Shown: one piece after another, positions 27,104 to 39,984 of the stretch | Layout of the letters: every line of letters begins with the position of its first letter | Numbering within the stretch: position 1 is the first letter of the stretch | Source of the DNA: Octopus vulgaris | Taxonomy: Eukaryota | Length of the DNA: 64,000 nucleotides | Reading direction: 5' to 3' | Assembly: GCA_951406725.2 (NCBI GenBank) | Contig: OX597818.1 | Coordinates: 69,626,001-69,690,000 of the forward strand | Made by a program: the position numbers and the translations under genes | The notes under the pieces: model-generated | Databases searched by the model: none | What the model was told of the DNA's origin: nothing | The model's input: the letters and a program-made list of their open reading frames with translations, nothing else

Positions 27104-28485
27104 TATTTTTAAAAAGGATTGACGTAACTCTTCACAAAGGTAAACAGTCAAGACGAAGAGCATGATTCGATTGTAAGATATTTTATTAGTTGAATGATAT
27201 TTCAACAGTACGTCTGTCTTTGTCAAGTTCAAAATAAGAAGTGATAAAAATTCAAAATTACAGAAATTTAAACGTAAAGTGTGGACGAGAGCCACCAGCG
27301 TCCACACGTTGATGGAAGGACATCATCAGTTTTTAAGTTACAATTTTATAACAGGTGAAAAGGAAAAGACAGAAAAAAGGAAAAAAAAAGAGAGAAAGAA
27401 GAATACTTAATCAAACAGTTTTATATAAATTTAATGATATTCTCCTGTCATATTATTCATTCCTCCAGGGCATGATGTTAATAACCTGCAAACATATTTC
27501 TCCTCATACATTCTGAGAAGTGAAAGTGAAACAGATTCAGAATATTTTCTGAGAATATGCACTTTCAAGTCTTCTTCAAAATTGCAGCGCTTTGAAACGA
27601 AATGTTCAGCAAGTTCTGTCCAACTACTGTTATTGTGCCTGACGTCGAATCTGTGCCTATTAAACCGTTTATTTAATTGTTCTGTTGTACAACCAACATA
27701 AATTAAGTTGTGTTTTGTGCAATCTGCAGCATACACCAAATGGGAATCTTTACATGTTCCACCTTCTGTATAAATCATAACATTTCTGTTATGATTTCTG
27801 ATGGATTAACTCATGTTGTTGCACAATGAACAGTGCTTACCTCTCTTGTGGCTGTTCTTTAAGGTACAGCGTGTAGATACTCCAATGTTCGTTTTCTTGG
27901 AGTCAGATATAGAGGTCAATAATTCTCTTATATTCTTAAAAACTACAATAGGCGGCTGAGGAAATATCTGTTTGAAGCGAGGATATTTTTTCACCACATG
28001 CTGGTAACTTTCATGCAACACTTTTGAAATGCCAGCGAAATGTCGGTGCCAATTAATCAGTAAAAGAATTCTGTTATCTGTTATATTGTGTTTGCTAAAA
28101 TTATGCATATAGGTTTGACTATCTTTGCTAATCTTAGCTATTTCATTTGCTATTTCCTTTAATCGTGACTCACTATAACCACGTTTGACATAATAACATA
28201 CAAAAGCATTTGCATGTTTTCAGTAATCCCCTACGTCAGTACAAATCCGTTTTATCCTCAAAAATTGGGATTTCGGATCTGACCAAATAAGATGATGTGG
28301 ATGATCGGAGCGGCAGTGGAGATAAATGTGGGATGACGTGGGCTTGCAAAATAATGCTGTCACTATTCTGCCTCCAGAAAACTTGACTTTTGTGTCCAAA
28401 AATTCAAAGCTAGTTTTTGAAAAACTAGACATAAATTTTATGTTGGACTTAAAGTCATAGTTTCCAGCATAACAGTCACAGAATA
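27104..28485 (-). mobile_element. Penelope-like retroelement, 5'-truncated (RT C-terminus, Cys-containing linker, GIY-YIG endonuclease)
   Basis: FEFLDTKV...CKPTSSHIYLHCRSDHPHH...SQFLRIKRIC, KRGY, linker RC...HCSLC, then LVYAADC...IYVGCT...KRFNRH...AEHF...E...PGGMN; broken by stops. Confidence 0.92.
27431..27778 (-). pseudogene. GIY-YIG endonuclease domain of the Penelope-like element
   Basis: ORF with LVY...YVG, conserved R, H, E and terminal GMN. Confidence 0.88.
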
Positions 28486-28496
28486 TTATTATAAAA

Positions 28497-28832
<336 letters not shown>

Positions 28833-29030
28833 AAGGCTTCAAATTTTGGCTCATGGTTAGTAATTTCAGAGAAAGGGTTAAATCAATTGCACAAAGCCCA
28901 GTACTAAACTGGAACATATTTTATGAAAGGCAAAGTTGACCTTGGCAGAATTTGAACTCCCGTGTAAAGACAGACAAATGGCTTAGCAGCCTTTTGTCCA
29001 ACTTGTTAATATTTCTGCCATTTCACTGTC
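28833..29030 (-). mobile_element. SINE family B
   Basis: AAAGGCAAAGTTGACCTTGGCAGAATTTGAACTC is the reverse complement of the family B core. Confidence 0.75.
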
Positions 29031-29099
29031 ATAATCATAAAAACAACAACAGCAAGAGAGAGAGAGAGATACTATTGAAGTAGGTGACCAGATACGTTC

Positions 29100-29390
29100 A
29101 CAGTTTAATCTTCTCTGTTGAGCAGATAGAAAGAAAACTGAAAGATTTAGGAAATACAAGGAACCAAGACAGAGAGAGATTATGGAAGTGAAAGGTGAGA
29201 GTTATTCTTGTGTTAATTGGTGCATTTGGCACAACACCCAAACTTGGAACTAAGAAGAGAGTGAAACAAATATTGGAACTGAGATACCTATTGTTGACCT
29301 GCAGAAAAATGCCATCCTCTGTTTTTTTAAGAATTCTGAGAAAGTTCTTGAAATTTGAGGAGACTTGCTGTCACCAAACCTCAGGATAAC
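29100..29390 (+). mobile_element. RLE LINE extreme 3' fragment (diverged)
   Basis: RLWK*KVRVILVLIGAFGTTPK resembles the RLE C-terminal pattern 'LW..KV.VIP.VIGALG..PK'. Confidence 0.6.
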
Positions 29391-29439
29391 AACACCCCCC
29401 CCCCCCACTAATTAAATTTGCATGTAGTACTTTTCACAT

Positions 29440-29440
29440 A

Positions 29441-29481
<41 letters not shown>

Positions 29482-29670
29482 AATAATAATAATAATAATA
29501 ATAATAGTGGTAGTGTTGATATTGTTGTATAGGTGGATGTTGTAAAGGATATGTAGTTGTTGCTGGCAATTCTATTGATATAGTGATGGCAGAAGTAGTA
29601 GTAGTAGTAGTAATAATAATAATAATAATGATGATGATGATGATAATAATGATGATGATGATGGTGGTGG

Positions 29671-29706
<36 letters not shown>

Positions 29707-29795
29707 CGACGACGATGACGATGATGATGATGACGACGACGACGAGGACGATGACAATGACGATGATTATGACGATGACGATGATGATGATGATG
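29440..29795. repeat. Compound (GAT)/(TAA)/(GTA)/(GAC) microsatellite
   Basis: Direct reading. Confidence 0.95.
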
Positions 29796-30439
29796 TTTAT
29801 GAAAGTCAACTAGAAATAAATTTGTTTTGTTAGCAAAACGTTAGAAAATTATAGATTAACGTTTTACATGTGAAATATCTATCATTTCCGTTTCAAAAGA
29901 GTAATTTGAAATCATTTGTTCAAGATGAATTCTAAGAAACAAAGATTAGGATTTTACTAATTGTCCTTTTTTAGATATTTTGTTTAAGCTTATTTCTATT
30001 ATTTTTGCATGTTCTTGCAGCTTAGTTGAGGAGCCAGTATCTTTTTTTTTTTTGTTGTTTGTTACTTTATTTTTTATTTTCCTTTTTCCATTTTTCTCGG
30101 TGAATGTCATCATTTAAAAATTGCTAACAGCAAGTTTGATTAGTTATTAAATGAGTTTCATTCATTAATTCAAGAAATTATCTGTTCAGATTTCTTTATT
30201 AATTATTGCCTTAAATTATTCCAGACCTTTGGAACTGGAATTCCAAATGAAGAATCACAAAATTAAAACTTCTGCTTCCATTTTCCTTCTTCATTCAATT
30301 TGTTTCACTCTCAAATTCTTTCTCTCACATTTTCTCTCTCTTTCCCTCACATACATAAACTCTCTCTATATCTCTTCTCCTCCTCCTCTTCTTCGTTTAT
30401 CATCATCATCATTCACTTCACACTACTCTTCCTCCACCT

Positions 30440-30626
30440 CCATCTTCTTCTTCCCCCTTCTTTTTCTTCTTCTCCTTCCATTCTTCTTCTTTATCTTCTT
30501 TTTCTTCTCCTCCTCCTTTTCTTCTTCTTCTTCTTCTTCTTCTTCTTCTTCTTCTTCTTCTCTTTCTTCTTCTTCTTCTTCTTCTTCTTCTTCTTCTTCT
30601 TCTTCTTCTTCTTCTTCTTCTTCTTC
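30440..30626. repeat. (TTC)n polypyrimidine tract
   Basis: Direct reading. Confidence 0.95.
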
Positions 30627-30990
30627 TATTTCTCTCAACCACCCCACTCTACCTATATTCATTTCTTGTTTCTATCTCCCTTTCTCTCTCTCTCTCTCTC
30701 TTCAATCTCAATCTTCCTCTCTTTCTCTCCTTCACTTTTCGACACACAAATTTTTCTGAAAAAGCATTCATATTTTCTTAAGCATCTTCTCTCTTCCATC
30801 TCTCTTTTGAACACACACAAACACCGACACACGTCATTGTGCTCTCTTTTGTGTTGAAATTGTCCTATCCAACCCATGGCAACATGGAAAAGTAGATGTA
30901 AAAACGATGGTTTATGGTGATGGTGTTAGTGGTAGTGGTGACAATGCTACTGATAGTGAGGCTGACAATGATGATGATGTCGATGATAAC

Positions 30991-31027
<37 letters not shown>

Positions 31028-31227
31028 GTGATGCTGACAATGATGATGATGTCGATGATGATGATGATGATGGTAATGGTAATGGTGGTGGTGGTGGTGG
31101 TGGTGGTTGAGAAAATTCTTTCTCTCCAATGTTCCCTTGTAAACCTTCTCTGTTTCTCTCATTTTCACAGATTTCTTTCCTTTCATGATTCTCCTTCACT
31201 TTCTCTTTCTTCAAGTCATTCATGTTT

Positions 31228-31264
<37 letters not shown>

Positions 31265-31392
31265 TCTTTACTTGCCTCTCTTTCTCTCTCCTTCCTCCAT
31301 CTCTCTGTCTCTCTCTCATTTATTCACATATGTTCCTATATTCTTCTTCATACTTTTACCCTAAAGAGGCTCAACTCTGTAAATACATTCAT

Positions 31393-31580
31393 ATCAAATT
31401 TTGACACAAGGCCAGCAATTTCCAGGAAGGGTTCATTTGATTACATTTACTGCTTATTTGATCGACCTCAAAGGGATAAAAGGCAAAGTCAACCTTGATG
31501 GAATTTGAACTCAAAACGTAAAACCAGAAGAAATGTTGCTAAGCATTTTACCTGGCATGCTAATGACTCTGCCACCTCAC
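31393..31580 (-). mobile_element. SINE family B
   Basis: GGCAAAGTCAACCTTGATGGAATTTGAACTC...GCTAAGCATTTT. Confidence 0.75.
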
Positions 31581-32640
31581 TTCTGTAAATATATCGACAC
31601 AAACACAAATACACACACACACATACATGCATATTCTTAAAGAAACAAACTTACACACCAATCGACCATTTCCCCCCAATCACCCCTTATTCCCCTGTCT
31701 GTTGCACCTTCACCCCTCTATCATAATATCTCCCTCCCTTACATCTGCAATGAGAAATTGCATTTGATCTGTCCATATTCAGTACCATCACCTTTCACCA
31801 ATGCTAACCATCATTCGCTCTAGCCACCCACCCCTCTACCACTTTCACTTACTTCTCTCGTCCTCATTACTATCCCATAATGCCGTTTTTTGTACCTAAT
31901 CTCCTTACCAATAACCATCATGTAACTGCATATTATTGTCTTCCACAACTCCCCCTTCTCTCTCTTAACTCTCTGTTTCCCTCATCACACTCACATCCTC
32001 TGATCTTTCACAGAATTTGTCCCTCACTCACACATACACACACACACACACACACTCCCTCTCTCTCTCTCTCACACACACATGTTCCCTCTTTCTCTCT
32101 CGTATCTATTCTTTTGTCCATGCTTATCTTGAAAGAAGGGAGACAATTTAGTGCAGGTGAGGTGCCTTTAGTCTTGTTGAGAATTCATCAGCCTCTCTCT
32201 GCTGCTGGTGTCATGAGAAAATGTATTCAGTGTAATCCATGAAGAGGTTTGCCTCTAGAAAGGGCATCCAACTATGATGACCATTCCAAAGAACAAGAGA
32301 GACATGGTCCAGTGACTCACTGGGAAGACAACAACCTCTGACTCACACACTGACAACAGATCCAATACACACACATGCCAACATGAAAAGAACCACAGAT
32401 AAAAAAAGTATGATGATGATGATGGTGGTGGAGATAGCGATGATGATGATGACAAAGTCATTGACAATAATGATGATGGTGAGGAGGAGGAGGATACAAA
32501 CAAACATACACATGAACACACACACACACACTACTTTGCATAGCCATGTTTCCGAAACAGTTTTAACATTTTGCCTCAGTTTGCTTACAACTTAAAACTT
32601 CTAAAAGACATTAACAGCATCTAAAAGTATGTTGGATTTA

Positions 32641-32883
<243 letters not shown>

Positions 32884-33150
32884 TTAACTTCTGATTTCCA
32901 TGCTAGCATGAACTTGATGGTTTGACCAAAATTAGTAAGCCAGAGAGCTGCACCAGGCTGCAGTCATCTGTTTTAACATGGTTTCTACAGCTGACTGCCC
33001 TTCCTAATGACAACCTCTTTAGAGAGTGTACTGAGTGCCTTTTATGTGCCACTGGCACAGGTGACTTTTACACATCACCAACACAAGTACCGTTTACGTG
33101 TCACTGACATTAGTCATGACCATGATTTCACTGAGCTTGACATGTCTTCT
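32884..33150 (-). mobile_element. SINE family C-like fragment
   Basis: TTCCATGCTAGCATG...GCTGCACCAGGCT...TTTCTACAGCTG. Confidence 0.7.
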
Positions 33151-33690
33151 CAAGCAGATTGCCAGAAGCCTCACTCATTTGTCATCACCTCCATGAGATA
33201 CAACCACCAAATATCATGTCTTCCCATGTCTTCCTGGGTCTGTCCCTCCATAGTTAGAGATCAACACATCTTTACGCAGCTCTCCTTATCCATACACATC
33301 ACAGTCTTCTCTCTGGCACACCACATCTGATGCTTCTTATGCTCAGTGTTTCTCATAAGACGCTTACACTCTGTTGTACATGCACACTGACATTGCACGT
33401 CCAATGAAGCATACTAGCTTCATTTTTTCAAGCCTTTGCATGTCTTCTGCAGTCACAGTCCATGCTTCACTGTCATGTAGCATAGCTGTTCATACACAAG
33501 CCTCATACAATTTACTTTCATTCCGAAAAAGAGGCCATTTGCTACCAACAAAAGTAGAAGATTTCAGAACTTTGCCCAGCTTATACTTATTCAAGCAGCT
33601 ATCCTCTCAGCGCATCCACCTCCACTGCTGACTTGGTCACCTAGGTAATGGAAGCTCTCAACTACTTCAAAGTGTCACCCCAGGCATTTG
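33150..33690 (-). mobile_element. RTE-clade LINE 3' fragment
   Basis: Minus strand LYEACV*TAMLHDSEAWTVTAEDMQRL...SIRSIRCGVPE; homologous to 38815-39100. Confidence 0.75.
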
Positions 33691-33944
33691 ATGGAGTCTA
33701 TTTTCATTAGATCCCTTGTATTCATTGCACTGGCACATCTGCCACACGCAAAGATCCCTTTCTCTGCTACTGTGGCACCTCTTCCTTTTGCGTTTTAATT
33801 AAAAATAAACTTAACTTCAGTCTCTGACACATTTTCCTAATCTACAGTTTATGGACCCATGTGGCCATTCAGGGGATTTTTCTTGATGACATAGCACATA
33901 TATTTATTGACCCTTTTCAACATTCTCATGTTAAAAGTGGTAGG

Positions 33945-33950
33945 GGTAGT

Positions 33951-34043
<93 letters not shown>
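33945..34043. repeat. (AGC)n(AGT)n microsatellite
   Basis: Direct reading. Confidence 0.95.
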
Positions 34044-34045
<2 letters not shown>

Positions 34046-36079
34046 ATGTTGTTGTTTAGATCCAGGTTGCTGTTGAGTAAACCTATAATGAAAGCTATTC
34101 CAGCCATGCCCATCCCATCTTTTCAGTGGCATCTCTACAGTCATTGTCCTTCTTGCTGTTGTTGTTGTTGATTAACTCCAAGTCCCCCATGTCTGAGCAA
34201 ACTCTGGCTTTGAGTCTCTTTTCTTTTAATCAGGCACAGTGCATCTAAGATTACATTATCTAATGTGTCCTTTTAAAATAAAGCTGTAGAGTGCAATCCA
34301 GAAAAATTTAGTTGTTATTTCTTGCATGTCAAAAAACCAGAGGTTTTGTTTGCTGAGACCATGATGAATTGAAGTAAATTTCATTTGGCTGCTATTTCTA
34401 ACAATCCAAGCAACCACATAGATACTTTCTGATTAATTCATTGGTTCTTTGAGGAATTTAGATATTCCAGGACCTAGTCTCAAAGTCAAAACTATTCCAA
34501 TTCCTAAGTCAAATAATCTTGTTATTGCCCTGCTTCCTTTCATATGTTTTCTGACTCCTGTATTTACTTCTTCACCTCTGCTGAGATGAAAAACTAAGCC
34601 AATATTTAATGTAATCACAATAATTCCAGGACACCAGAGAAGCCTTCCATTCACAAAAATGAATTAAGTGAAGAGTCAAAAATTTTCAATGAAAATTTCT
34701 GTCAGAATTATTAGATATTTCTTATCCTTATGCCACATCAATGGCTTAACTTTTTTTTCTTTTTGCATTAGTTCTAGTTTTTCTTCATCCAATCTTATCA
34801 ATATTTTGATTATAGACAACTGTCATCTCTAAAACTGTTATTCTCTTTATAATTTCACTCTAGTTCTGGCACTCTCATCCAATTATTTGACCTTGAATCT
34901 ATTTCATCCAATCATTTCCTTAAGGAATTTCTACAAATTAAGAACAACATTATTTGAATAAATAAGAATTAGGCATATAGAAAAATAAAAATAAAAATAC
35001 ATAGAAAGAAAGAGCAGCAGAAAGGAATTACTACTTTGACTCAGCGACTATTGCCTTGAGATATTCTCTGCTTCCACCTGTTGTGATTTAACATAGGAAC
35101 TAAGATGAGATTCTGTCAGTGACTGTAAGCTCTTAAACCTGTTATAATGTGCTTGCAGACAGCTTGGCATTTTTTCTCTGCTTCTCACATATCGCATCTT
35201 CAAAAGCCGTTTGTATTTACCTTGAATGTGTTGTTGTTACAGATTCACGGTTAGAAGACATGTTTGTGGTCAGAAATGGATTCTCAGAGGAATTTTGCTG
35301 TTCCATGAAAAAAGAAATGTAAGTTGCTTTATTAGAGTTCAGAAAGGAAATACAAGAAAAGTAAGGAGATAAGAAGAGAGGAAATAAGGGAGGCGTAAAA
35401 ATATGGATGCAACAGATGGGTTTTAGTAGAGATGGAAGAATTCAGGTACCACCAACACTAATTTTGCCTTTCATCTTTTGGGGTCAATAAAAGAATAACA
35501 AGAGGAGTGGATTGGAAGAACTAGATGCCTAGCAGTATTTGTTTTAGCATTTTGCATTCTGAGTTCAAATCCTACCATGACCTACTTAGGTGATAGATTT
35601 AACCCCTCACCCTGTTTACTTGTTAGAGAAAGATGGTGAGGAATTTTATCAAATTGAATTTGTTTTGGATGTCATCTAAAATGGGCGAATGCCTGAAAGT
35701 AATGGTTTGGAATCTCGTATCAGCTGGAGTTATTTGGACTTTTCACAGGATTATCAGAACTGCAGAGTTGAGATATTCTTCAAGTTTTAAATTCTTTGTC
35801 TTATCAAATCAGTGTGGGGGTGAAGGGAGGAAAGGATTGGTGGAAACAGGGACACGCAGCACCTTAGTGTAAATACTTCTGCTTTGACCAGGGTTGGCTG
35901 ATAACTTTTTGGGATTTTATAAAATACAAGACTTTTGGATTTTACTTGCATTATAAAAAAGGCATGCAACTACGTTTGTGGGTTCTTTCATTGAGATTTA
36001 ATTTTGCTTTCTTCAATTCTTAGCACAGTTGTTCAGACAGTTGCCATTTTCTATTTTTTACCAAAACATATTTACCAAA

Positions 36080-37975
36080 AATTAGAAGCAGAGTTTCTTC
36101 CCCACTTAGCTAAGAATCATTTTTAGCTTTTGCATTGTTTACTAAAGTATCAGCCTTTCTGTTGCATTCAAGAAAGAGCCAATTACAGTAAGCATCTAAT
36201 TAATTCCAAGATAATTAAGAAACAAACTTTATCTCCACACTCTTTTTGAGAAATATAACAGAATTTCTCTGGTTCTGAAATTTCATTCCCTGGCAAAGTG
36301 AACTCTTCTCATGGTCTACTGATATCTTCATGCTCATTTACCTTAAAAATATTTCTTCATGGACTAAAGAATAATTGAAGGTGGTTGTCTTTGAAACACA
36401 TTTTCTGGATCTAAAAGCTTTTAAAAGACATAAATTAGTGAACGTTTTATATGATGCAAAGTGTTTGTACTTTTCTTTGCTTCGTTTCACACAAAATATT
36501 CAATGTGTTAATTTGGAATTCTTTGAAATTTTGCTTTATATATTTTTAAAGAACACACACAAGCATGGCTGATGGTGCAGGTATGACTGGTGGGGGTTGA
36601 AAATTATGCTTTCAACCACATGGTTTCTGGTTCAATCACACTGCATGGCCCCTTGATCAACTAACTTGGGCCAAACAAAATCTTGTGTGTGGATTTGGCA
36701 GAGAGAAACTGAGAAGAACCAATTGTATTCTGTGTGTGTGTGTGTGAATGTGTTATGTGTCCTTGTCTTGACACCGTGTGATAGTTGTAAATGAGCATCA
36801 CTGTCACACAAGCAGTGTCATCCATTCCCAATATTCTGTGTTAGGTTATGGAGAAATATTGCCATTCTAGAAAACATGGAAATAATTGAGGTTGGTGACA
36901 GGAAGGACATCCAGCCATAGAAAATCTGTCTCAGCCTGGCAAGCATAGGAAACTGGATGCTAAAACGATGGTGACGATGACCATAGAAAGATGTATACAC
37001 TTTTTGCATTAGTATAAAGTTCATGTATGGAAAGCAAATGGACGGATGTATGGTGATAACTTTTGATCTATCTTTTAGTAGTTGCCTTTTAATAAAATTA
37101 GCAAAGATACCATTCCTACAAGTCATGATGGACGCACTATTGTGTATGAATTCTGTGGTTCCCTGTTGGAAACTTGAAATTTATTTTATTCCCTTACGGC
37201 AGAATATAAGCTGGAAATGGAAAATAGGTTTTTACACTTGGATTCTGTAAAGACTCCAGTATTTTAGATGCTGAAGTCATCGCATCTTCTAATTCTAGAG
37301 AAGTAAAAAACATGACAACTGCTGGCTATTGGTTCAGGAATCTTTCTGTATTTATTGAAGTGATAACCATTGAGTACAGCTGCTATGATGTAAAATCATT
37401 TCAGGACTAGTCTGGCTAAATTCCTTAAATTCTGCAATTTCTGTTAATCTCTTTGGACAGTTTGACAAATATGAATAAATAATTCTAGATGACTTCTCTA
37501 TGGAACTTGAAAGTTCAGAACATGTATTGAATGGCCATAAATACATTGAACAGCATACACAGCCTTCCGCATCTGAACAAGTTAAACACCCCTTTTTGAC
37601 CACATCATTACATTTGCATAATTACTTGCATAGCCAATCAAATTTTTAATTGGTATGCCATGTTTTTTCAAATAAATTTACTATAAAATTGTAAATGTAT
37701 TGGGCAGTAGTGCAATTGATTTCCAAAAGAGTTGATTTGTGAATTGCTTTTGTAAAATGACTTTCAGAAAACTTGACCATGAGGGCAACATAATTTATTG
37801 TCGATATACCTGTAGTGTCATAAATAATTAATGAAAGTTAAATGTTCTTTAATCATGTTATAAGAATTTACAGACATTCTTCATCCATGATAAAAAAAAA
37901 AAAAAGCTGGTTCCTTTGTTCTTGAATATTCAATTCTATTAGCATTTTTGGAGTGAGCTCATGCATCATCGTCAG
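36080..37975 (-). pseudogene. Decayed hAT-superfamily transposase, interrupted by a SINE
   Basis: Colinear motifs across frames: SKNANRIEYSRTK; SLIIYDTTGIST (D-E/T-T-D motif); HGIPIKNLIGYASNYANVMM; CVCCSMYL (CxxH); IYSYLSNCPKR; TQWLSL; LLDPENV...PSII; ATERL. Many stops and frameshifts. Confidence 0.8.
36573..36980 (+). mobile_element. Composite SINE (family A head, family C-type tail) inserted in the hAT fossil
   Basis: GGTGCAGGTATGACTGG...CCACATGGTTTCTGGTTC...; GGAAGGACATCCAGCCATAG...TAAAACGATG. Confidence 0.7.
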
Positions 37976-38004
37976 GCATCATCATCATCATCATCATCAT
38001 CATT

Positions 38005-38170
38005 ATCATTTAATATTTGTCTTTTATATTGGCATGGCTTAAATGATTTGAAGGAATCTGACCAATCGGCAGACTTCTTTGGCACAGTTTTTATAGCCAG
38101 ATGCCCTTTCCAACACCAACCACCTTACAGTGTAAACTGAGTGCCTTCTCTGTAGCACCAGTACTAGTAA
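38005..38170 (-). mobile_element. SINE family C fragment
   Basis: (CAT)n then ...GATGCCCTTTCCAACACCAACCAC. Confidence 0.6.
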
Positions 38171-38814
38171 GGTCATTATGTTATTTGCAAGACTAAAAAG
38201 GACCCCTCAACTGAATTAAGAAGGTGTAGTATAGAGGGAGGAGACCTTTAGTCAGATGTTGAGGGGTTAAAGTGTGATGGAGGGGGGATGGGAACAGATG
38301 TCTTCTTGTGGAGGAGATACATGGCTACCCGACATTATGTAAGAGGAGGAGAGAGTAACTGGAAGAGAGATAAAGATGGTGGAGATGACATGTAATAAAA
38401 AAATAACTTGGAAGAAGATTTTGTATTGAAATGGAAATTTTGTGTCCTGCTATAAATGCCAACATTTCAGTCCAGTAGAAGCTGCATGAGACACGAGAAA
38501 GAAGAAGCCAATCACCTGAGATGCCTTGGCATTTATTTCAATATTTCATTTTTGTTTTAACACTGTCAGCATTTTACTCAAGTATGGCAACATCCCTAGA
38601 TATACTATAACTGCTTATTTTACAAAATGTCTAAATATTTTTCCAAATCATTTTGAAAAACTGGAGCTAATTTACTCATTTTTTTTGCAATTAATTATTT
38701 ATAACTGGGTTTATGCCTTTAGCTCTTCCTCTCAGCCATTATTATATGTAGCTTAGGTTAAATATTCAGTAGATAATTTTTGCTACTCAAGTAACCCAAT
38801 AACTGAAAGTGTAA

Positions 38815-39100
38815 TTACTAGAATAAGAATAGGATGGAGAAAGTTGAGAGACATCTTACCTCTGATGGCAACCAAAGGTCTCTCTCTCTCTGAGCAAAGG
38901 AAAGGTTGTATTATGCATGTGTACACACTGCAATGCTGCAGGCTAGTGAGATGTGGGCACTGAATAGAGAGGAAATGCAAAGACTAGAGAGAAAAGTTAG
39001 ACATAAGAGGAATTAGATGCAATGAACAAGAGAGGAGACTGTGTTGGTTTGGTCATGTGATGTGGATGGATGAGAACAGTTGCATAAAGAAGTGCCTGTC
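38815..39100 (+). mobile_element. RTE-clade LINE 3' fragment
   Basis: KGRLYYACVHTAMLQASEMWAL; RRLCWFGHVMWMDENSCIKKC. Confidence 0.8.
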
Positions 39101-39191
39101 AATCTGTCCAACCCATACCAGCATGAAAAACGGACTCCAACTGAAGTTGCTGCTGCTGATAATGATATTGATATGAGTGTGTGTGTATAGG

Positions 39192-39228
<37 letters not shown>

Positions 39229-39229
<1 letters not shown>

Positions 39230-39410
39230 AAGAGTTTACGAAAACAACAAAAGACGAAGACAGGTGGTGTACAAAACAAACAGATGTATTAGTATAACGC
39301 TCAGGAATTGAAAAAGTCTTTTGCATTTTGAGCCTACGCTCTTCAACAGAAAGGGACACAGAAAAAAAACAAGGAGAGAAACAAGGGGAGAAAAAAAGGG
39401 AGAGAAAAAA
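39229..39410 (-). mobile_element. Non-coding repeat with hammerhead-like motif (Penelope pLTR-like), copy 1
   Basis: Reverse complement of 39720-39900 and 58640-58820. Confidence 0.75.
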
Positions 39411-39430
39411 TATACACATACACACACACA

Positions 39431-39566
39431 CTTTATTAATAAAGATGGAAAGACATCACAAAAACTGTTACAGTTTCACATTCCTGTTCATCAAAACTGT
39501 CCAACGAATGAGAACATGAAACTCTGAGTAACAGTTTTTGTATCTTTGCAGCTTTATTAATGAAGC
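39431..39566. repeat. Palindromic element whose arms carry hammerhead-like motifs
   Basis: CTTTATTAATAAAGATGGAAAG...AAAAACTGTTAC...AGTTTCAC versus TGAAACTCTGAGTAACAGTTTTTG...CTTTATTAATGAAG. Confidence 0.85.
39493..39538 (+). ncRNA. Degenerate type I hammerhead ribozyme-like motif
   Basis: AAAACTGT-CCAACGA-ATG(AGAA)CAT-GAAA-CTC(T)GAG-TA-ACAGTTTT; all three stems pair; core differs from CUGANGA at 2 positions. Confidence 0.6.
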
Positions 39567-39719
39567 ATAATACTCTACCTCCTATATTCAAGTATTATTT
39601 TTCCCCACCATGTTTCACATTTATGTGCTTATTCTGATATAGATGTGTGTGGGTTTGTGTGTGCGTGTGTGTGTGTGTGTTTGTATATAATGTGAATGTG
39701 TGTGGCCTAATCCTTTGGC

Positions 39720-39900
39720 ATGTTACTCTTACAATCACAAGTTTTCTTTTTTTATTCTCTCTGTATTTAATTTCTCTTATTCCTTTCTGTTGAAGAGCAT
39801 AGGCTTGAAATGTAAAAGACTTTTTCTCTTTCCCGAGTGTCAAACTAATACATATGCTTGTTGTTCATACACCTGTTCTTTTGTTTTTCTGTAAATTTCA
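39720..39900 (+). mobile_element. Non-coding repeat with hammerhead-like motif, copy 2
   Basis: CTTT-CTGTTGA-AGAGC(ATAG)GCTT-GAAA-TGTA-AAAG at 39783-39818. Confidence 0.75.
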
Positions 39901-39984
39901 ACTATATACATATATACACACACACACATATACATATATATATACACATATAGATACACACACACATGCGCGGGACGCAGGGCT

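Noticed and set aside
30907-31110. Acidic poly-Asp ORF suggestive of a biomineralisation protein
   Set aside because: It is the degenerate (GAT)n tail following a SINE 3' end (CCCATGGCAACATGGAAAAG...TAAAAACGATG)
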